Of a DNA stretch of 64,000 bases, positions 1 to 9,565 are shown one piece after another. Source of the stretch: Phycisphaerales bacterium (GTDB lineage Bacteria > Planctomycetota > Phycisphaerae > Phycisphaerales > UBA1924). The stretch lies in assembly GCA_965227775.1 (NCBI GenBank), contig OZ245777.1, positions 1,920,001-1,984,000 of the forward strand, given 5' to 3'. Made by a program: the position numbers and the translations under genes. Each line of letters begins with the position of its first letter. Positions within the stretch are counted from its first letter, which is position 1. The notes under the pieces were generated by a model, which did no database searches, had not been told where the DNA came from, and worked only from the letters and a program-made list of their open reading frames with translations.

Positions 1-1111
1 CGTCCGAGAAGTCCGAGATGGCGTTGCCATCCGTCGGTTGCCGCTCTCGAGCTTCGGCAAGGCTTCGATCCCCGTGAGGCTACTTGCGGCGGCTTTGTTC
101 ATGATCCAGTGCGTCTGGCACGGCCTGACGACGCGCCGGCTGGGCGGCATCCTGGTCAGCACTTCTCCGCCGATGGCAGCCATGGCAGCTCTGGTCATCG
201 CCTCGCTCCGTCGCGTCCCCATCACGTATTGGGTGATGGACCTCAACCCCGACCAAATGATCGAACTCGGCAAGCTGCGGCCGGGTAGTGTGCCGGTGAG
301 GCTCTACGACGCGTTCAACCGGAGCATCCTGAGGCGTGCCAAGCGGGTCGTGGCCATGGATCGCTTCATGGCCGAGCGACTGCAGAGGAAGACCGACGTC
401 TCGCACAAGCTCTCCGTGATGCCGCCTTGGCCCCACGAGGATGCGCTCGAGTCGGTGCCGCACGAGCAGAATCCGTTCCGAGAAGAGCACGGGCTCGCGG
501 GCAAGTTTGTCGTCATGTACTCGGGAAACCATGGCTTCTCGACGCCCATCTCGACGGTGTTGCAGGCGGCGCTCCGGATGCAGGACCGAGATGACATCGT
601 GTTCATGTTCATTGGTGGCGGCGTTGGCAAGCGAGAGGTTGACGCCGCGATCGCCGAGCACCGACCGAGCAACATCATCTCCTTGCCGTACCAGCCGATG
701 GCGCGGCTGCGGTATTCGCTCTCAGCTGCCGATGTGCACTTGGTCAGCGTGGGTGATGCGGTTGTTGGCGTGGTGCATCCCTGCAAGGTGTATGGGGCCA
801 TGGCGGTAGGGCGGCCGGTACTGCTGCTCGGTCCAGAGCCCTGCCACGTCTCGGAGCTGCTCCGCGAGCACTCGATCGGTTGGCAGATCTCGCATGGCGA
901 TGTTGATGCGGCGATCAAGACAATCGAGGAAATGGCCGCGACTCCGAAGGAACAGATGCGCGACAAGGGCCACAGAGCGATGACGCTGATCAGCGATAAG
1001 TACTCGAAACAGAAGCTTTGCGGAGACTTCTGCGACGTGGTGATGGATGCCATGCGAGGGCCCGAGCCGCAAACCGTGCCAGCAAGAGCTGTGGAAGAGG
1101 GCGCCCAGTGA
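1..1111 (+). CDS. Glycosyltransferase family 4 (WcaI-like), 5' truncated by window edge
   Basis: STSPP, WVMDLNPD, YSGNHG and PCKVYGAMAVGRPVL motifs typical of WcaI-like GT4; frame open to the window start. Confidence 0.9.
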   Translation, partial: VREVRDGVAIRRLPLSSFGKASIPVRLLAAALFMIQCVWHGLTTRRLGGILVSTSPPMAAMAALVIASLRRVPITYWVMDLNPDQMIELGKLRPGSVPVRLYDAFNRSILRRAKRVVAMDRFMAERLQRKTDVSHKLSVMPPWPHEDALESVPHEQNPFREEHGLAGKFVVMYSGNHGFSTPISTVLQAALRMQDRDDIVFMFIGGGVGKREVDAAIAEHRPSNIISLPYQPMARLRYSLSAADVHLVSVGDAVVGVVHPCKVYGAMAVGRPVLLLGPEPCHVSELLREHSIGWQISHGDVDAAIKTIEEMAATPKEQMRDKGHRAMTLISDKYSKQKLCGDFCDVVMDAMRGPEPQTVPARAVEEGAQ

Positions 1112-1968
1112 GTACGCAGACCCAGACCGCCCAGACGCCAACTCCGGACGTAAAGCAGCCCGAGCCTTGGGAGCTGCCGGTCCCCGGGCGCCCGCTGCGC
1201 AAGTACGTCTTCATCCAGGACGACCCCTTTTACCTGCCCAAGGTGCTCGACAAGTACCTGCGCGAGCACGCGGGCACGACCGCGGGCATCAACGTGCAAA
1301 GCGTGCAGCAGGGCAAGCGAACGGTGTTCCAGACGGCGCTGGACCTCTACAAGCTCTACGGCTTCCGCTACTTCCAGTGGAAGCTGCGCAACTACGCGTG
1401 GCGCAAGCTGCGGGCGAAGCTGCCCGGCGGTGCGAGCCAGCTCAGCGTGGCCTCGGTCGCACGCAAGTACGGCGTGCCTGTGCACGGTTCGAGCGACGTC
1501 AACAGCGAGGCGTTCCGGCAGATGCTTCGCGACGAGGGCGTCGAGTTCATCGTGTCGATCAGCGGCACGCAGCTCTATCGCAAGGCGCTACGCAACCAGA
1601 CCTCCTACGGCATCGTCAACTGCCACGGCGCGCTGCTGCCAAAGTATCGTGGCCTGATGCCGAGCTTCTGGACGCTCGCAAATGGCGAGAAGGAAGGAGG
1701 CGTCAGCGTGCATTACGTCGACGCCAAGCTCGACAACGGGCCGATCATCACGCAGAAGCGATACACCATCCACGCGCACGACACGCTCGAAGATATCATG
1801 GCTCGCGGGAAGGACCTTGCCGCCGAGGCCATTCTCGACGCCGTGCACGCGGTGGAGTTTGGTCCTCGGGAACTGCTGCCCAACCCAGAGTCCGAGATGA
1901 CCCACTTCTCGATGCCGACGCGCGAGGACGTCCGCCGGCTCCGGACCCACGGACACAGCCTTTCCTAG
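1108..1968 (+). CDS. Formyltransferase (fmt-like, probably a sugar N-formyltransferase)
   Basis: NCHGALLPKYRG, GVSVHYVD, LDNGPII; GTG start overlaps upstream stop (GTGA). Confidence 0.85.
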   Translation: MSTQTQTAQTPTPDVKQPEPWELPVPGRPLRKYVFIQDDPFYLPKVLDKYLREHAGTTAGINVQSVQQGKRTVFQTALDLYKLYGFRYFQWKLRNYAWRKLRAKLPGGASQLSVASVARKYGVPVHGSSDVNSEAFRQMLRDEGVEFIVSISGTQLYRKALRNQTSYGIVNCHGALLPKYRGLMPSFWTLANGEKEGGVSVHYVDAKLDNGPIITQKRYTIHAHDTLEDIMARGKDLAAEAILDAVHAVEFGPRELLPNPESEMTHFSMPTREDVRRLRTHGHSLS

Positions 1969-1979
1969 CTCATGCTTCA

Positions 1980-2948
1980 ATGGTGACGACAAACACCAAT
2001 CCCGTGGCTCCGACTGGCACCGCCGCCGATGGTGTGCGCCACGTTTTGTCATTCGACATCGAGGACTGGTTCCACATTGTCGATATCCCCGCTGTCGACG
2101 ATCCCGCGCAGTGGCCCGAGCTCAGTCGCCAGTCTTCGCTTGTCGAACGCTACACGGATCTGATCCTCGAACTCTGCCAGAAGCATCGCACGCGTGCCAC
2201 GTTCTTTGTGCTCGGCTGGATCGCCGAGCGGCACCCCGAGCTGGTTGCGCGCATCGCTCAGGCTGGCCACGAGCTTGCGACACACTCGTTCTGGCATCGA
2301 CGCGTGTACACGCTGACGCCTGAGGAGTTCCTCGAGGATCTCCGCTCGTCCATCGATGCCATCAAAGCGGCAGCACCCGGCGCCAGCATTCGTGGCTTCC
2401 GGGCGCCGTCGTTCTCAATCACGCCGGGCTCGGAGTGGGCGTTCGACACGATCCTTGAAGCGGGCCTTGCGTACGACGCATCGCTCTTTCCCGGGCCGCG
2501 CGGCCACGGAGGCTACGAGTGCCCCCGCGGCCCGCACGTCATCGAGACGCCCAAGGGGCGCCAGCTCGCCGAGCTTCCCATGAGCGTGTCTCCGATTGGC
2601 TTCGGGCCGGTCCGCCACCGCATGTGCTACAGCGGTGGGGGATACCTCCGACTGCTTCCAGCGTCGATGATCAGGCAAGGCATCGAACGTGAGGCCAGTG
2701 CCGGCCGCGGCACGGTCGTCTACCTCCATCCGCGAGACTTCGCACCAGATTGTCCGCGTGTATCGATGCCGCCGGCCCGCCGATTCAAGTGCTATGTTGG
2801 TCTCTCTTCAACCAAGGAAAAGCTGGAGCGACTGCTCGTACAGTACGAGTGGATTTCGTGCGAAGAAGCACTCGCCAGCTACTTGGGCGAGTCCAAGCCG
2901 GCCGACCCGGCACCGCGTCGCCGTGCAGCTCAGGAGGCAGCCCGATGA
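1980..2948 (+). CDS. Polysaccharide deacetylase (XrtA/PEP-CTERM-system type, DUF3473-like C-terminus)
   Basis: LSFDIEDWFH, ATFFVLGW, HELATHSFWH, GFRAPSFS, GGGYLRL, YLHP. Confidence 0.9.
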   Translation: MVTTNTNPVAPTGTAADGVRHVLSFDIEDWFHIVDIPAVDDPAQWPELSRQSSLVERYTDLILELCQKHRTRATFFVLGWIAERHPELVARIAQAGHELATHSFWHRRVYTLTPEEFLEDLRSSIDAIKAAAPGASIRGFRAPSFSITPGSEWAFDTILEAGLAYDASLFPGPRGHGGYECPRGPHVIETPKGRQLAELPMSVSPIGFGPVRHRMCYSGGGYLRLLPASMIRQGIEREASAGRGTVVYLHPRDFAPDCPRVSMPPARRFKCYVGLSSTKEKLERLLVQYEWISCEEALASYLGESKPADPAPRRRAAQEAAR

Positions 2949-4009
2949 GCAACGCTCCGACCGCTGCAGCACTGAGGCCACCGACCGATGAGACACATCG
3001 GTGGGCTGGCGATGCAGTCGCCGAAGCGCCGCACGATGATCTCGCCGCTGCTCGCTTGCAGATCGAAGAGCTCGAAGACCTGCCCGGCTACCCGGCAAAG
3101 CGGTCGGCCTCCGTATGCGCGTTGGTTCCCGTGAAGAACGAGCAATCGAACATCATCGAGTGCCTTCGCCGCCTGCAATGGTGCGATCAGGTCACCGTGA
3201 TCGATAGCCAGTCGACCGACGACACCATCGCGATCGCCCAGGCGATGGATGCAGAGGTCTACCAGTTCTGCTACGACCGCGCGTCGGGCTGGCCGAAGAA
3301 GAAGAACTGGGCCCTCGGGCACGTGCCATGGAAGCACGAGTGGGTCCTCATCGTCGATGCCGACGAGCACATCACGCCCGAACTCGCAAACGAGATCGCG
3401 GGCGTCGTCGAGCGCGCCCAGGAGCCCGGCGCTGGTGGCAACGATGGCTACTGGATCAGCCGCCGATACATGTTCCTGGGTCGGTGGCTGAAGTATGGCG
3501 GGTGGTACCCGAGCTGGAACCTCCGCCTGTTCCGCCACGCCATCGGGCGATACGAGCGCATTGGCACGCTCGGCGATACGGGCTCGGGCGATAACGAGGT
3601 CCACGAGCACCCGGTCCTGCTCACCGGCCAGGTCGGCTACCTCAAGCACGACATGGAGCACTACGCGTACCCCAATCTCTCGGTCTGGATCGAGAAGCAC
3701 AACCGCTACACGACATGGGAAGCCCACGCTCTGGAGACCAAGGACGGGGGCGAAGTAAAGCCCAAGCTGTTCGGAGGCTCCATCGAGCGGCGACGTTGGA
3801 TCAAGAAGCACACGCGGAACCTGCCGGCAAGGCCACTCTTGCGGTTCTGCTTCGACTACGTCATCCGCCGCGGCATCTTCGATGGATATCCGGGGTTCGT
3901 CATGGCCGTCAACATGGCGTGGTACGAGTTCATGTCAAACGCCAAGCACCACGAGATGAAGATCGCGAAGCGTTTGGGCAAACGGTATAGCGGGGATCCA
4001 CCGGCATGA
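2945..4009 (+). CDS. Glycosyltransferase family 2
   Basis: VPVKNE, IDSQSTD, IVDADE, EVHEH; ATGA overlap with upstream gene. Confidence 0.9.
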   Translation: MSNAPTAAALRPPTDETHRWAGDAVAEAPHDDLAAARLQIEELEDLPGYPAKRSASVCALVPVKNEQSNIIECLRRLQWCDQVTVIDSQSTDDTIAIAQAMDAEVYQFCYDRASGWPKKKNWALGHVPWKHEWVLIVDADEHITPELANEIAGVVERAQEPGAGGNDGYWISRRYMFLGRWLKYGGWYPSWNLRLFRHAIGRYERIGTLGDTGSGDNEVHEHPVLLTGQVGYLKHDMEHYAYPNLSVWIEKHNRYTTWEAHALETKDGGEVKPKLFGGSIERRRWIKKHTRNLPARPLLRFCFDYVIRRGIFDGYPGFVMAVNMAWYEFMSNAKHHEMKIAKRLGKRYSGDPPA

Positions 4010-4596
4010 GCGAGCAATCACCCTCTATGCGCGCCCGGGATTATGTTGATCCTGGCGCAGATCTCAGCAACCGCGCCAAGAGCCCCTACTCGCTGCGGGC
4101 CAAGGTTGCCCGTGTGCTCTGGGGGCTCGTCCAAGGCACCGCCTTCCGGGGCTCGTTTCACAACTGGTACCGCCTTCGCCGATGGATGCTCACGTGCTTC
4201 GGTGCCAACCTGCACCCGACGGTGCGTATCCGCCGCACGGCCCATATCGAGAGCCCGTGGAATCTGACCATGGACGCCGAGAGTTCGGCCGGAGACCATG
4301 CGATCCTGTACTGCCTGGGCCCGGTGACCATCGGCAAGCGCGTCATGATCAGCCAGAACGCGCACATCTGCGCCGGCTCTCACGACTACTCGCTGCGCGC
4401 CATGCCGCTGCTGCGCCCGCCCATCATCATCGAAGATGACGTGTGGATCGCGGCCGATGCGTTCGTTGGCCCAGCCGTACGGGTGGGCGAAGGGGCCATC
4501 CTCGGGGCCCGGGGCTGCGCGATGACGGACCTCGAGCCATGGACCATCTACGCCGGCAACCCGGTCCAGAAGGTCAAGGAAAGGGCTCGGCTTTGA
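4006..4596 (+). CDS. wcaF: WcaF-like hexapeptide-repeat acetyltransferase
   Basis: PWNL, ISQNAHICAGSHDY, WIAADAFVGP, GNP. Confidence 0.85.
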   Translation: MSEQSPSMRARDYVDPGADLSNRAKSPYSLRAKVARVLWGLVQGTAFRGSFHNWYRLRRWMLTCFGANLHPTVRIRRTAHIESPWNLTMDAESSAGDHAILYCLGPVTIGKRVMISQNAHICAGSHDYSLRAMPLLRPPIIIEDDVWIAADAFVGPAVRVGEGAILGARGCAMTDLEPWTIYAGNPVQKVKERARL

Positions 4597-5780
4597 GCCC
4601 ACTTCGGATCATGCACCTCGCAGGAACGCTTGATCCGGCTGCGGGCGGTCCTCCGGTCGTTGCTGCACGGCTCGCGGCGGCCCAGGCCAGCTTGGGTCAC
4701 GAGGTCGTCATCGCCGCGTACCGCGGGGACGGCGAAAGCACGGACCGAGCCCAGGGCCTGCTCGACGAAACACCAAACGGCGAACTCGTCAAGGTCATCT
4801 GGCTTCCGCAGCCGTCGAAGGTCGAGCGCGTGACCGGCAAGGGTGGCGCTAGTCGGCTCGATGCCGAGTTTGCCCACGGCGTCGACGTCATCCATTGCCA
4901 CGGCATGTGGGATCCCTTGTTCGCTGCCACAGCGCGTGTGGCGAAACGCCGGAGCATCCCATTCGTTGTGATGCCCCACGGCATGCTTGATCCCTACACC
5001 TACTCGATCCGCAAGCGAAAGAAGCAACTTGCAATCGCAACCACGCACCGCACCTACGTCCAGCACGCGATGTTCTACCACATGCTGAACGCTGACGAGG
5101 CTGAGCTCGCACGTCCGGTGATCGGCGACCACCCCGTTCGCGTCATTCCGAACGGAATCTTTCTCGACGAGATCGACACGGCTCCGCCCGCAGGTGCATT
5201 TCGCGCGGAGCGTCCCGAGCTTGGCAACGAGCCGTACGTCCTCTTCCTGGGCAGACTCACGCACAAGAAGGGGCTCGACATCCTCGCGCCCGCTTTTGAG
5301 ATCGTCGCGAGAGCAGCGCCAAACGTGCGACTGGTCGTTGCCGGGCCAGACGACGGCATGCAAGCACCCTTCGAGGCGGAGATCCAGAAAGCAGGACTGG
5401 TGGATCGCGTGCATGTCGTCGGCCCGATCTATGGGGCCAGCAAGTACGCGGCCGTGCGAGACGCGGCGGTCTTCTGCCTGCCCAGCCGTCAGGAAGGCTT
5501 TTCGATCGCCATAACTGAGGCACTTGCGTTGGGCGTACCTGTGGTCATCACGCGTGACTGCCACTTCCCGGAAGTCACCGAGGTCGGCGCTGGCATCGAG
5601 ACCAGTCTCTCTGTCGATGACGTTGCTGCGGGCTTGCTTCGCGTGCTGCAAGATCCGCACACCGCCAGCGAAATGGGCAAGGCCGGAGCCACACTGGTGC
5701 GTGAGCGATTCACCTGGCCCGAAGTGGCCCGCCAGACACTCGACGCTTACGAGGACGGCCTCAAGCGAGCGGCCAAGTGA
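4593..5780 (+). CDS. Glycosyltransferase family 4
   Basis: GGP, PHGMLDP, IPNGI, FLGRL..KKG, PSRQEGFSIAITEAL; TTG overlap start (alternative ATG 4611). Confidence 0.9.
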   Translation: MSPLRIMHLAGTLDPAAGGPPVVAARLAAAQASLGHEVVIAAYRGDGESTDRAQGLLDETPNGELVKVIWLPQPSKVERVTGKGGASRLDAEFAHGVDVIHCHGMWDPLFAATARVAKRRSIPFVVMPHGMLDPYTYSIRKRKKQLAIATTHRTYVQHAMFYHMLNADEAELARPVIGDHPVRVIPNGIFLDEIDTAPPAGAFRAERPELGNEPYVLFLGRLTHKKGLDILAPAFEIVARAAPNVRLVVAGPDDGMQAPFEAEIQKAGLVDRVHVVGPIYGASKYAAVRDAAVFCLPSRQEGFSIAITEALALGVPVVITRDCHFPEVTEVGAGIETSLSVDDVAAGLLRVLQDPHTASEMGKAGATLVRERFTWPEVARQTLDAYEDGLKRAAK

Positions 5781-6673
5781 AGCTGCCGTCGTTCCTCATC
5801 ATCGGTGCGCAGAAGTCGGGAACGACGACGCTGTACCGCGACCTACTCACCCAGCCGGGTGTCTTCTTTCCGTACATCAAGGAGCCCAACAACCTGAGCG
5901 ATGAGCGGGTGCTCACGGCCGAAGGCTTGTCCGAGTACGCCGACCTCTACAAGACTTCAAAGGACTCTGACATCCGCGGTGATGCATCGACTGGGTACTC
6001 GAGGCATCCAAGATTCCCAAACGTGCCGGAGCGTGCGAAGCAGCTGCTCGGCCCTGATATCAGGCTGATCTACATCATCCGAGAGCCGGTCAGCCGGATC
6101 GTCAGCAACCATCACCACATGTTCACCAACGCGGAGTGCTCGCCGACAATCGAAGAGTTCTTCGGCAATGACGAGCACTACTGCATCGACACGTCTCGCT
6201 ACGCCAAGCAGATTCGCACGTGGCTCGAGCACTTTCCGCTGAGCAGCATGCGTGTCCTCATCTTCGAGGAGTACACCAAGCGTCGCCGCGAGGTCATAGA
6301 GGAGCTGGCGCCGTTCCTCGGATTCACGGCCGAACCGGACTTGGTAGACCCTGATTCCAGGTTTAACGCCGCCGCGGATCGCTCCAGCGATCGCGGCCTC
6401 TTTATGCGGATCCAGCGATCATCCCTTTACGGCCGGCTGCGTCCGTTGATGTCGCCAGCAACGCGAGACAGGCTGCGCAAGTGGCTCGCTCCGAAGGCAC
6501 CACCGCCGCCGCCGCCGCCTACGGCAGAGACCGTCGAGTCAATGCTCGAGACACTCGAGCCAGATCAACGAGAGCTTGCCGAGCTCATGGGCAGGCCGTA
6601 TCCGATCTGGGATCCCGCGAAGGTACGCGCGAAGTACGACAAGCTCAGGGCGGCCGCACAATCGTCGAGCTAG
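5777..6673 (+). CDS. PAPS-dependent sulfotransferase
   Basis: 5'-PSB motif PSFLIIGAQKSGTTTL, KEP, 3'-PB motif REPVSRIVS. Confidence 0.9.
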   Translation: MKLPSFLIIGAQKSGTTTLYRDLLTQPGVFFPYIKEPNNLSDERVLTAEGLSEYADLYKTSKDSDIRGDASTGYSRHPRFPNVPERAKQLLGPDIRLIYIIREPVSRIVSNHHHMFTNAECSPTIEEFFGNDEHYCIDTSRYAKQIRTWLEHFPLSSMRVLIFEEYTKRRREVIEELAPFLGFTAEPDLVDPDSRFNAAADRSSDRGLFMRIQRSSLYGRLRPLMSPATRDRLRKWLAPKAPPPPPPPTAETVESMLETLEPDQRELAELMGRPYPIWDPAKVRAKYDKLRAAAQSSS

Positions 6674-6686
6674 GCATCGGCTGCGA

Positions 6687-8003
6687 TCAGGTTGCGAGCG
6701 ATCGATTCCGCAGGGCCCATGCGCCGGCCGGATCCTTTTGCTTGAACTTGATGACTTCGGCTGCCATCGTGATGAACATCATCGACAGGATCAGGTGCAA
6801 CAGCGCCCACGTGTGGGTTGCCTGATAGATCATGTGGTTCACCATGCCATGGGCGTACACCATCACCATGAACGCGGTGAGCACAGAGGTCAGCAGCGGA
6901 TCGACATCGAGCATCCGTCGGTGTCGCCACACGTAGACCGCCGAGAGCAAACTGATCCCTGCCAGCATGAGGTATGGCACTAGCAAGACGAGCCCGCCGG
7001 TGTAGGCCATCTTCAGGTACGCGTTGTGCGTGTGGAACCCGAGTGACTCATCAACGGCGGCGTTCAGGCCACGCGTTCCGAGAAGTCCGGTCATGGGGCG
7101 GAGGGCGATGGACTCCTGCACGTACTCGACCGCCTGCTGGCCGCGAGCGGTCTCGAGCGTGCTGAATCGCGAGAGTGGGTTCGAATCGACGCGGCTCAGC
7201 ACCGCCGCGGCGCCGATAAGGACGATCGCACACGCTGGGACGGCGAGCACCGGACGACGCAACGCGTAGAAGCCGATAGGAGCGCAGACGCCCACCAGCA
7301 TGATCATCACGGAACGGCTGCCCGAGAGCAGGCCCATGCCGGCGGCCGCCGCGACCATGCCGATCCACGCCGGCCGCATGATGAGGTTGCGATCGCGGAA
7401 CGCCATGTACAGGCCAAGCCCACCCGCGACCGTGAACACCACGCCGGTCTGCACCGACGATGCGCCGTACGGCTCAAACCGCGAGTGACCGGTGAACGAC
7501 CACTTGCCAGTGACGATGGCGCTCAGCAGGATGGGTGTGCCGAACAGGAAGCCCCAGGCAAGGAAACGCACGATCCGGAGCAGGTCTTCAGCGGTGGTAA
7601 TCGTCCTGACGAGCATGATGGCGGTGAAGACCATGCAGATCCACTGCACCGCGTACAGGATCGGAATCACGGGGTCTTCGGTCGTGATGATGAAGAGCGG
7701 GCCGACGACCGCGAGCGGCACGTACGCGTAGCAGAGGGGGTGAATCCGCCGCTTCTCGCCAGGCGAGAGAAAGGCCGCGAGCCCAACCGCAAGGATGACC
7801 GCAAAACCCAGCGCCTTGGCGCCCAGAGCGACCGACCCAAGCATCGGCAACCGCCCGACGATCAGAAAGGGCGGGAGCACCATGAGCGCAGCGGGAAGAC
7901 GAAACCGGGCAGGACAGAGCAGGAAGACCAGGCCCGCGAGGATCGGGGCCAGCATGAGCACCGGCAGGGGCACGACGTCGGTGTACTGCTCGAAACTAAA
8001 CAC
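6687..8003 (-). CDS. O-antigen ligase / Wzy-type polysaccharide polymerase family membrane protein
   Basis: Many hydrophobic segments, LSGSRS and HNAYL..GGL motifs. Confidence 0.75.
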   Translation of the reverse strand: MFSFEQYTDVVPLPVLMLAPILAGLVFLLCPARFRLPAALMVLPPFLIVGRLPMLGSVALGAKALGFAVILAVGLAAFLSPGEKRRIHPLCYAYVPLAVVGPLFIITTEDPVIPILYAVQWICMVFTAIMLVRTITTAEDLLRIVRFLAWGFLFGTPILLSAIVTGKWSFTGHSRFEPYGASSVQTGVVFTVAGGLGLYMAFRDRNLIMRPAWIGMVAAAAGMGLLSGSRSVMIMLVGVCAPIGFYALRRPVLAVPACAIVLIGAAAVLSRVDSNPLSRFSTLETARGQQAVEYVQESIALRPMTGLLGTRGLNAAVDESLGFHTHNAYLKMAYTGGLVLLVPYLMLAGISLLSAVYVWRHRRMLDVDPLLTSVLTAFMVMVYAHGMVNHMIYQATHTWALLHLILSMMFITMAAEVIKFKQKDPAGAWALRNRSLAT

Positions 8004-8253
8004 GAACGAATTCTCCCCGCCAATGCACGCCCGGGCCCATCGGTCAGACGATGCTCGGGAGCCCCTGGTTCGGCGGCGTCACGATCGGTGCGGCCCGTAC
8101 CATCCTTCGGCTCGTCGACCCATCGACTTCGTAGGTCTTGAGCAGCCGTGCGAATTCGTCGATCTCCGAGGCGAGGCCATCGTACGTGCTGGTGCGGGCT
8201 GGCGTTGTGGGTGCCCGCCGCTCACCCACAGCCAGCCACAAGCGGGAGGACTC

Positions 8254-9465
8254 ATGTTCAAGATGTTCGGGGTTCGAACGGAATCCAGGCGTCGGCGCTT
8301 CCTCGGCAACACGGTGAGGCTCGGAGCCGCGTTATCGGTTCTTGCCGTGACGGGAGCCGCCGGACCCGTCGTGAGCCTCAGCGGCTCTTCGACGACGGCA
8401 TCTTCCGAGCCGGCGGGCGATGGAGGCTTCGAGTTCTATCTCGCCGTGACCGCCAACCGGCCACTCCGCGACGAACTCGGCCGTGATCCTCTCGAGGACC
8501 TCGACCTCAGCGACAATCCCTACAGCCGCAACGTCATCGACATCTCGGGTTGGAAGCTCGCCCGGTATCGCCGGCAGGGCCCGCACCTGATCGCGATGCA
8601 GAATCCCAACCTCGCCGAGCACATGGTCAAGCTCGAGGAGCACGTGCCCCAGCTCGTGCCCGTCGGGTTCGATGGCGTCGTGATCATCGACTATGAGCCA
8701 TACTGGGCGCTGTGGGAGCGAACACCCAATAACCCATCGACCGAGCCTTTTGACGCGTTCGACTCAGACTACAAGGACGACTGGCGCGACTACATCCGCG
8801 AGAATCGCTTGTACCTGCTTGATGGTCTGAATCCCGAAGAGCAAGAGGAGATCTACAAGCTCACGTACGAGTCGTTCATGCGCACGTTCTTGCTTGCCAC
8901 GTACTACAAGTGCAAGGCGATACGGCCGCGCGCACAGTGGGGGTATTACAACTACCCGCAGGTGCTCATCAGCAGCAATCTCACCCCGCCTGGCGTCCAG
9001 GGTTACGGTGATCTCACGCACCGTGCGAGCCAACTGAACGATCAGATGGGCTGGTTTTACGAAGCCGTCGACTTTGTGAGCCCGCGAATCTATCCGGCGC
9101 GAAAAGTGCCCGAGGTGTTCGATCCCGAAACCGCAGGGCGGGGCGAGATCAGGCAGCAGGTCCACGAGCGGTGGCTCAGCTCCATGGTCCGCGAGAGCGT
9201 CCGCCTTGCCAAGGGCAAGCCCGTCTATCCCTATCACTCGCCGATCTTCTACTCGAACCACCCGTTCGCACGCGAGGCGGTGGAGCGATTCCAGCACGAG
9301 GAGGTCTACCGCATCTGTGCCGAGAACGGCGCGGCGGGTGTCATTGTCTGGCACGCGGTCGGCGACCGTGCGGAGCTTGCCCAATGGGATGAACTCTGGG
9401 AGAACGAGCTCAAGCCTGCAGGCATCAACGCTGACCGAGCCATCAACGGGGGCCCGGGCTCCTGA
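8254..9465 (+). CDS. GH56 hyaluronidase-like glycoside hydrolase with Tat signal peptide
   Basis: FDGVVIIDYE, RPRAQWGYYNYP, NDQMGW, SPRIY, VRESVR and GAAGVIVW match GH56 blocks in order; SRRRRFL plus hydrophobic stretch; GGGAGGA RBS. Confidence 0.8.
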   Translation: MFKMFGVRTESRRRRFLGNTVRLGAALSVLAVTGAAGPVVSLSGSSTTASSEPAGDGGFEFYLAVTANRPLRDELGRDPLEDLDLSDNPYSRNVIDISGWKLARYRRQGPHLIAMQNPNLAEHMVKLEEHVPQLVPVGFDGVVIIDYEPYWALWERTPNNPSTEPFDAFDSDYKDDWRDYIRENRLYLLDGLNPEEQEEIYKLTYESFMRTFLLATYYKCKAIRPRAQWGYYNYPQVLISSNLTPPGVQGYGDLTHRASQLNDQMGWFYEAVDFVSPRIYPARKVPEVFDPETAGRGEIRQQVHERWLSSMVRESVRLAKGKPVYPYHSPIFYSNHPFAREAVERFQHEEVYRICAENGAAGVIVWHAVGDRAELAQWDELWENELKPAGINADRAINGGPGS

Positions 9466-9500
9466 GTCGGCCTCAGCGTCGCTCTCAGGCCCTCTCAAGC

Positions 9501-9535
9501 CAAAAGCGGGGCACCATCGTTTGACGGCACCCCGC
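9501..9535 (-). terminator. Rho-independent terminator (minus strand)
   Basis: GCGGGGTGCCGTC-AAAC-GATGGTGCCCCGC-TTTT; 13-bp stem that pairs fully only on the minus strand (G-U pairs). Confidence 0.8.
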
Positions 9536-9565
9536 TGGAGGAGAGAGAGAGATCTTTGATGATAA
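9501..9565 (-). ncRNA. Candidate small RNA with anti-Shine-Dalgarno tract
   Basis: GCCGATAA box at 9578-9571, then CTCTCTCTCTCCTCC immediately before a strong terminator; no convincing ORF. Confidence 0.4.

Noticed and set aside
1047..1979. Apparent long N-terminal extension of the deacetylase
   Set aside because: Alternative-frame overlap of the formyltransferase; a high-GC open-frame artefact, like most other overlapping ORFs in the track
6495..6520. CCG-repeat (poly-Pro) tract in the sulfotransferase as a phase-variation site
   Set aside because: In-frame triplet repeat with mixed codons; a linker, not a frameshifting tract
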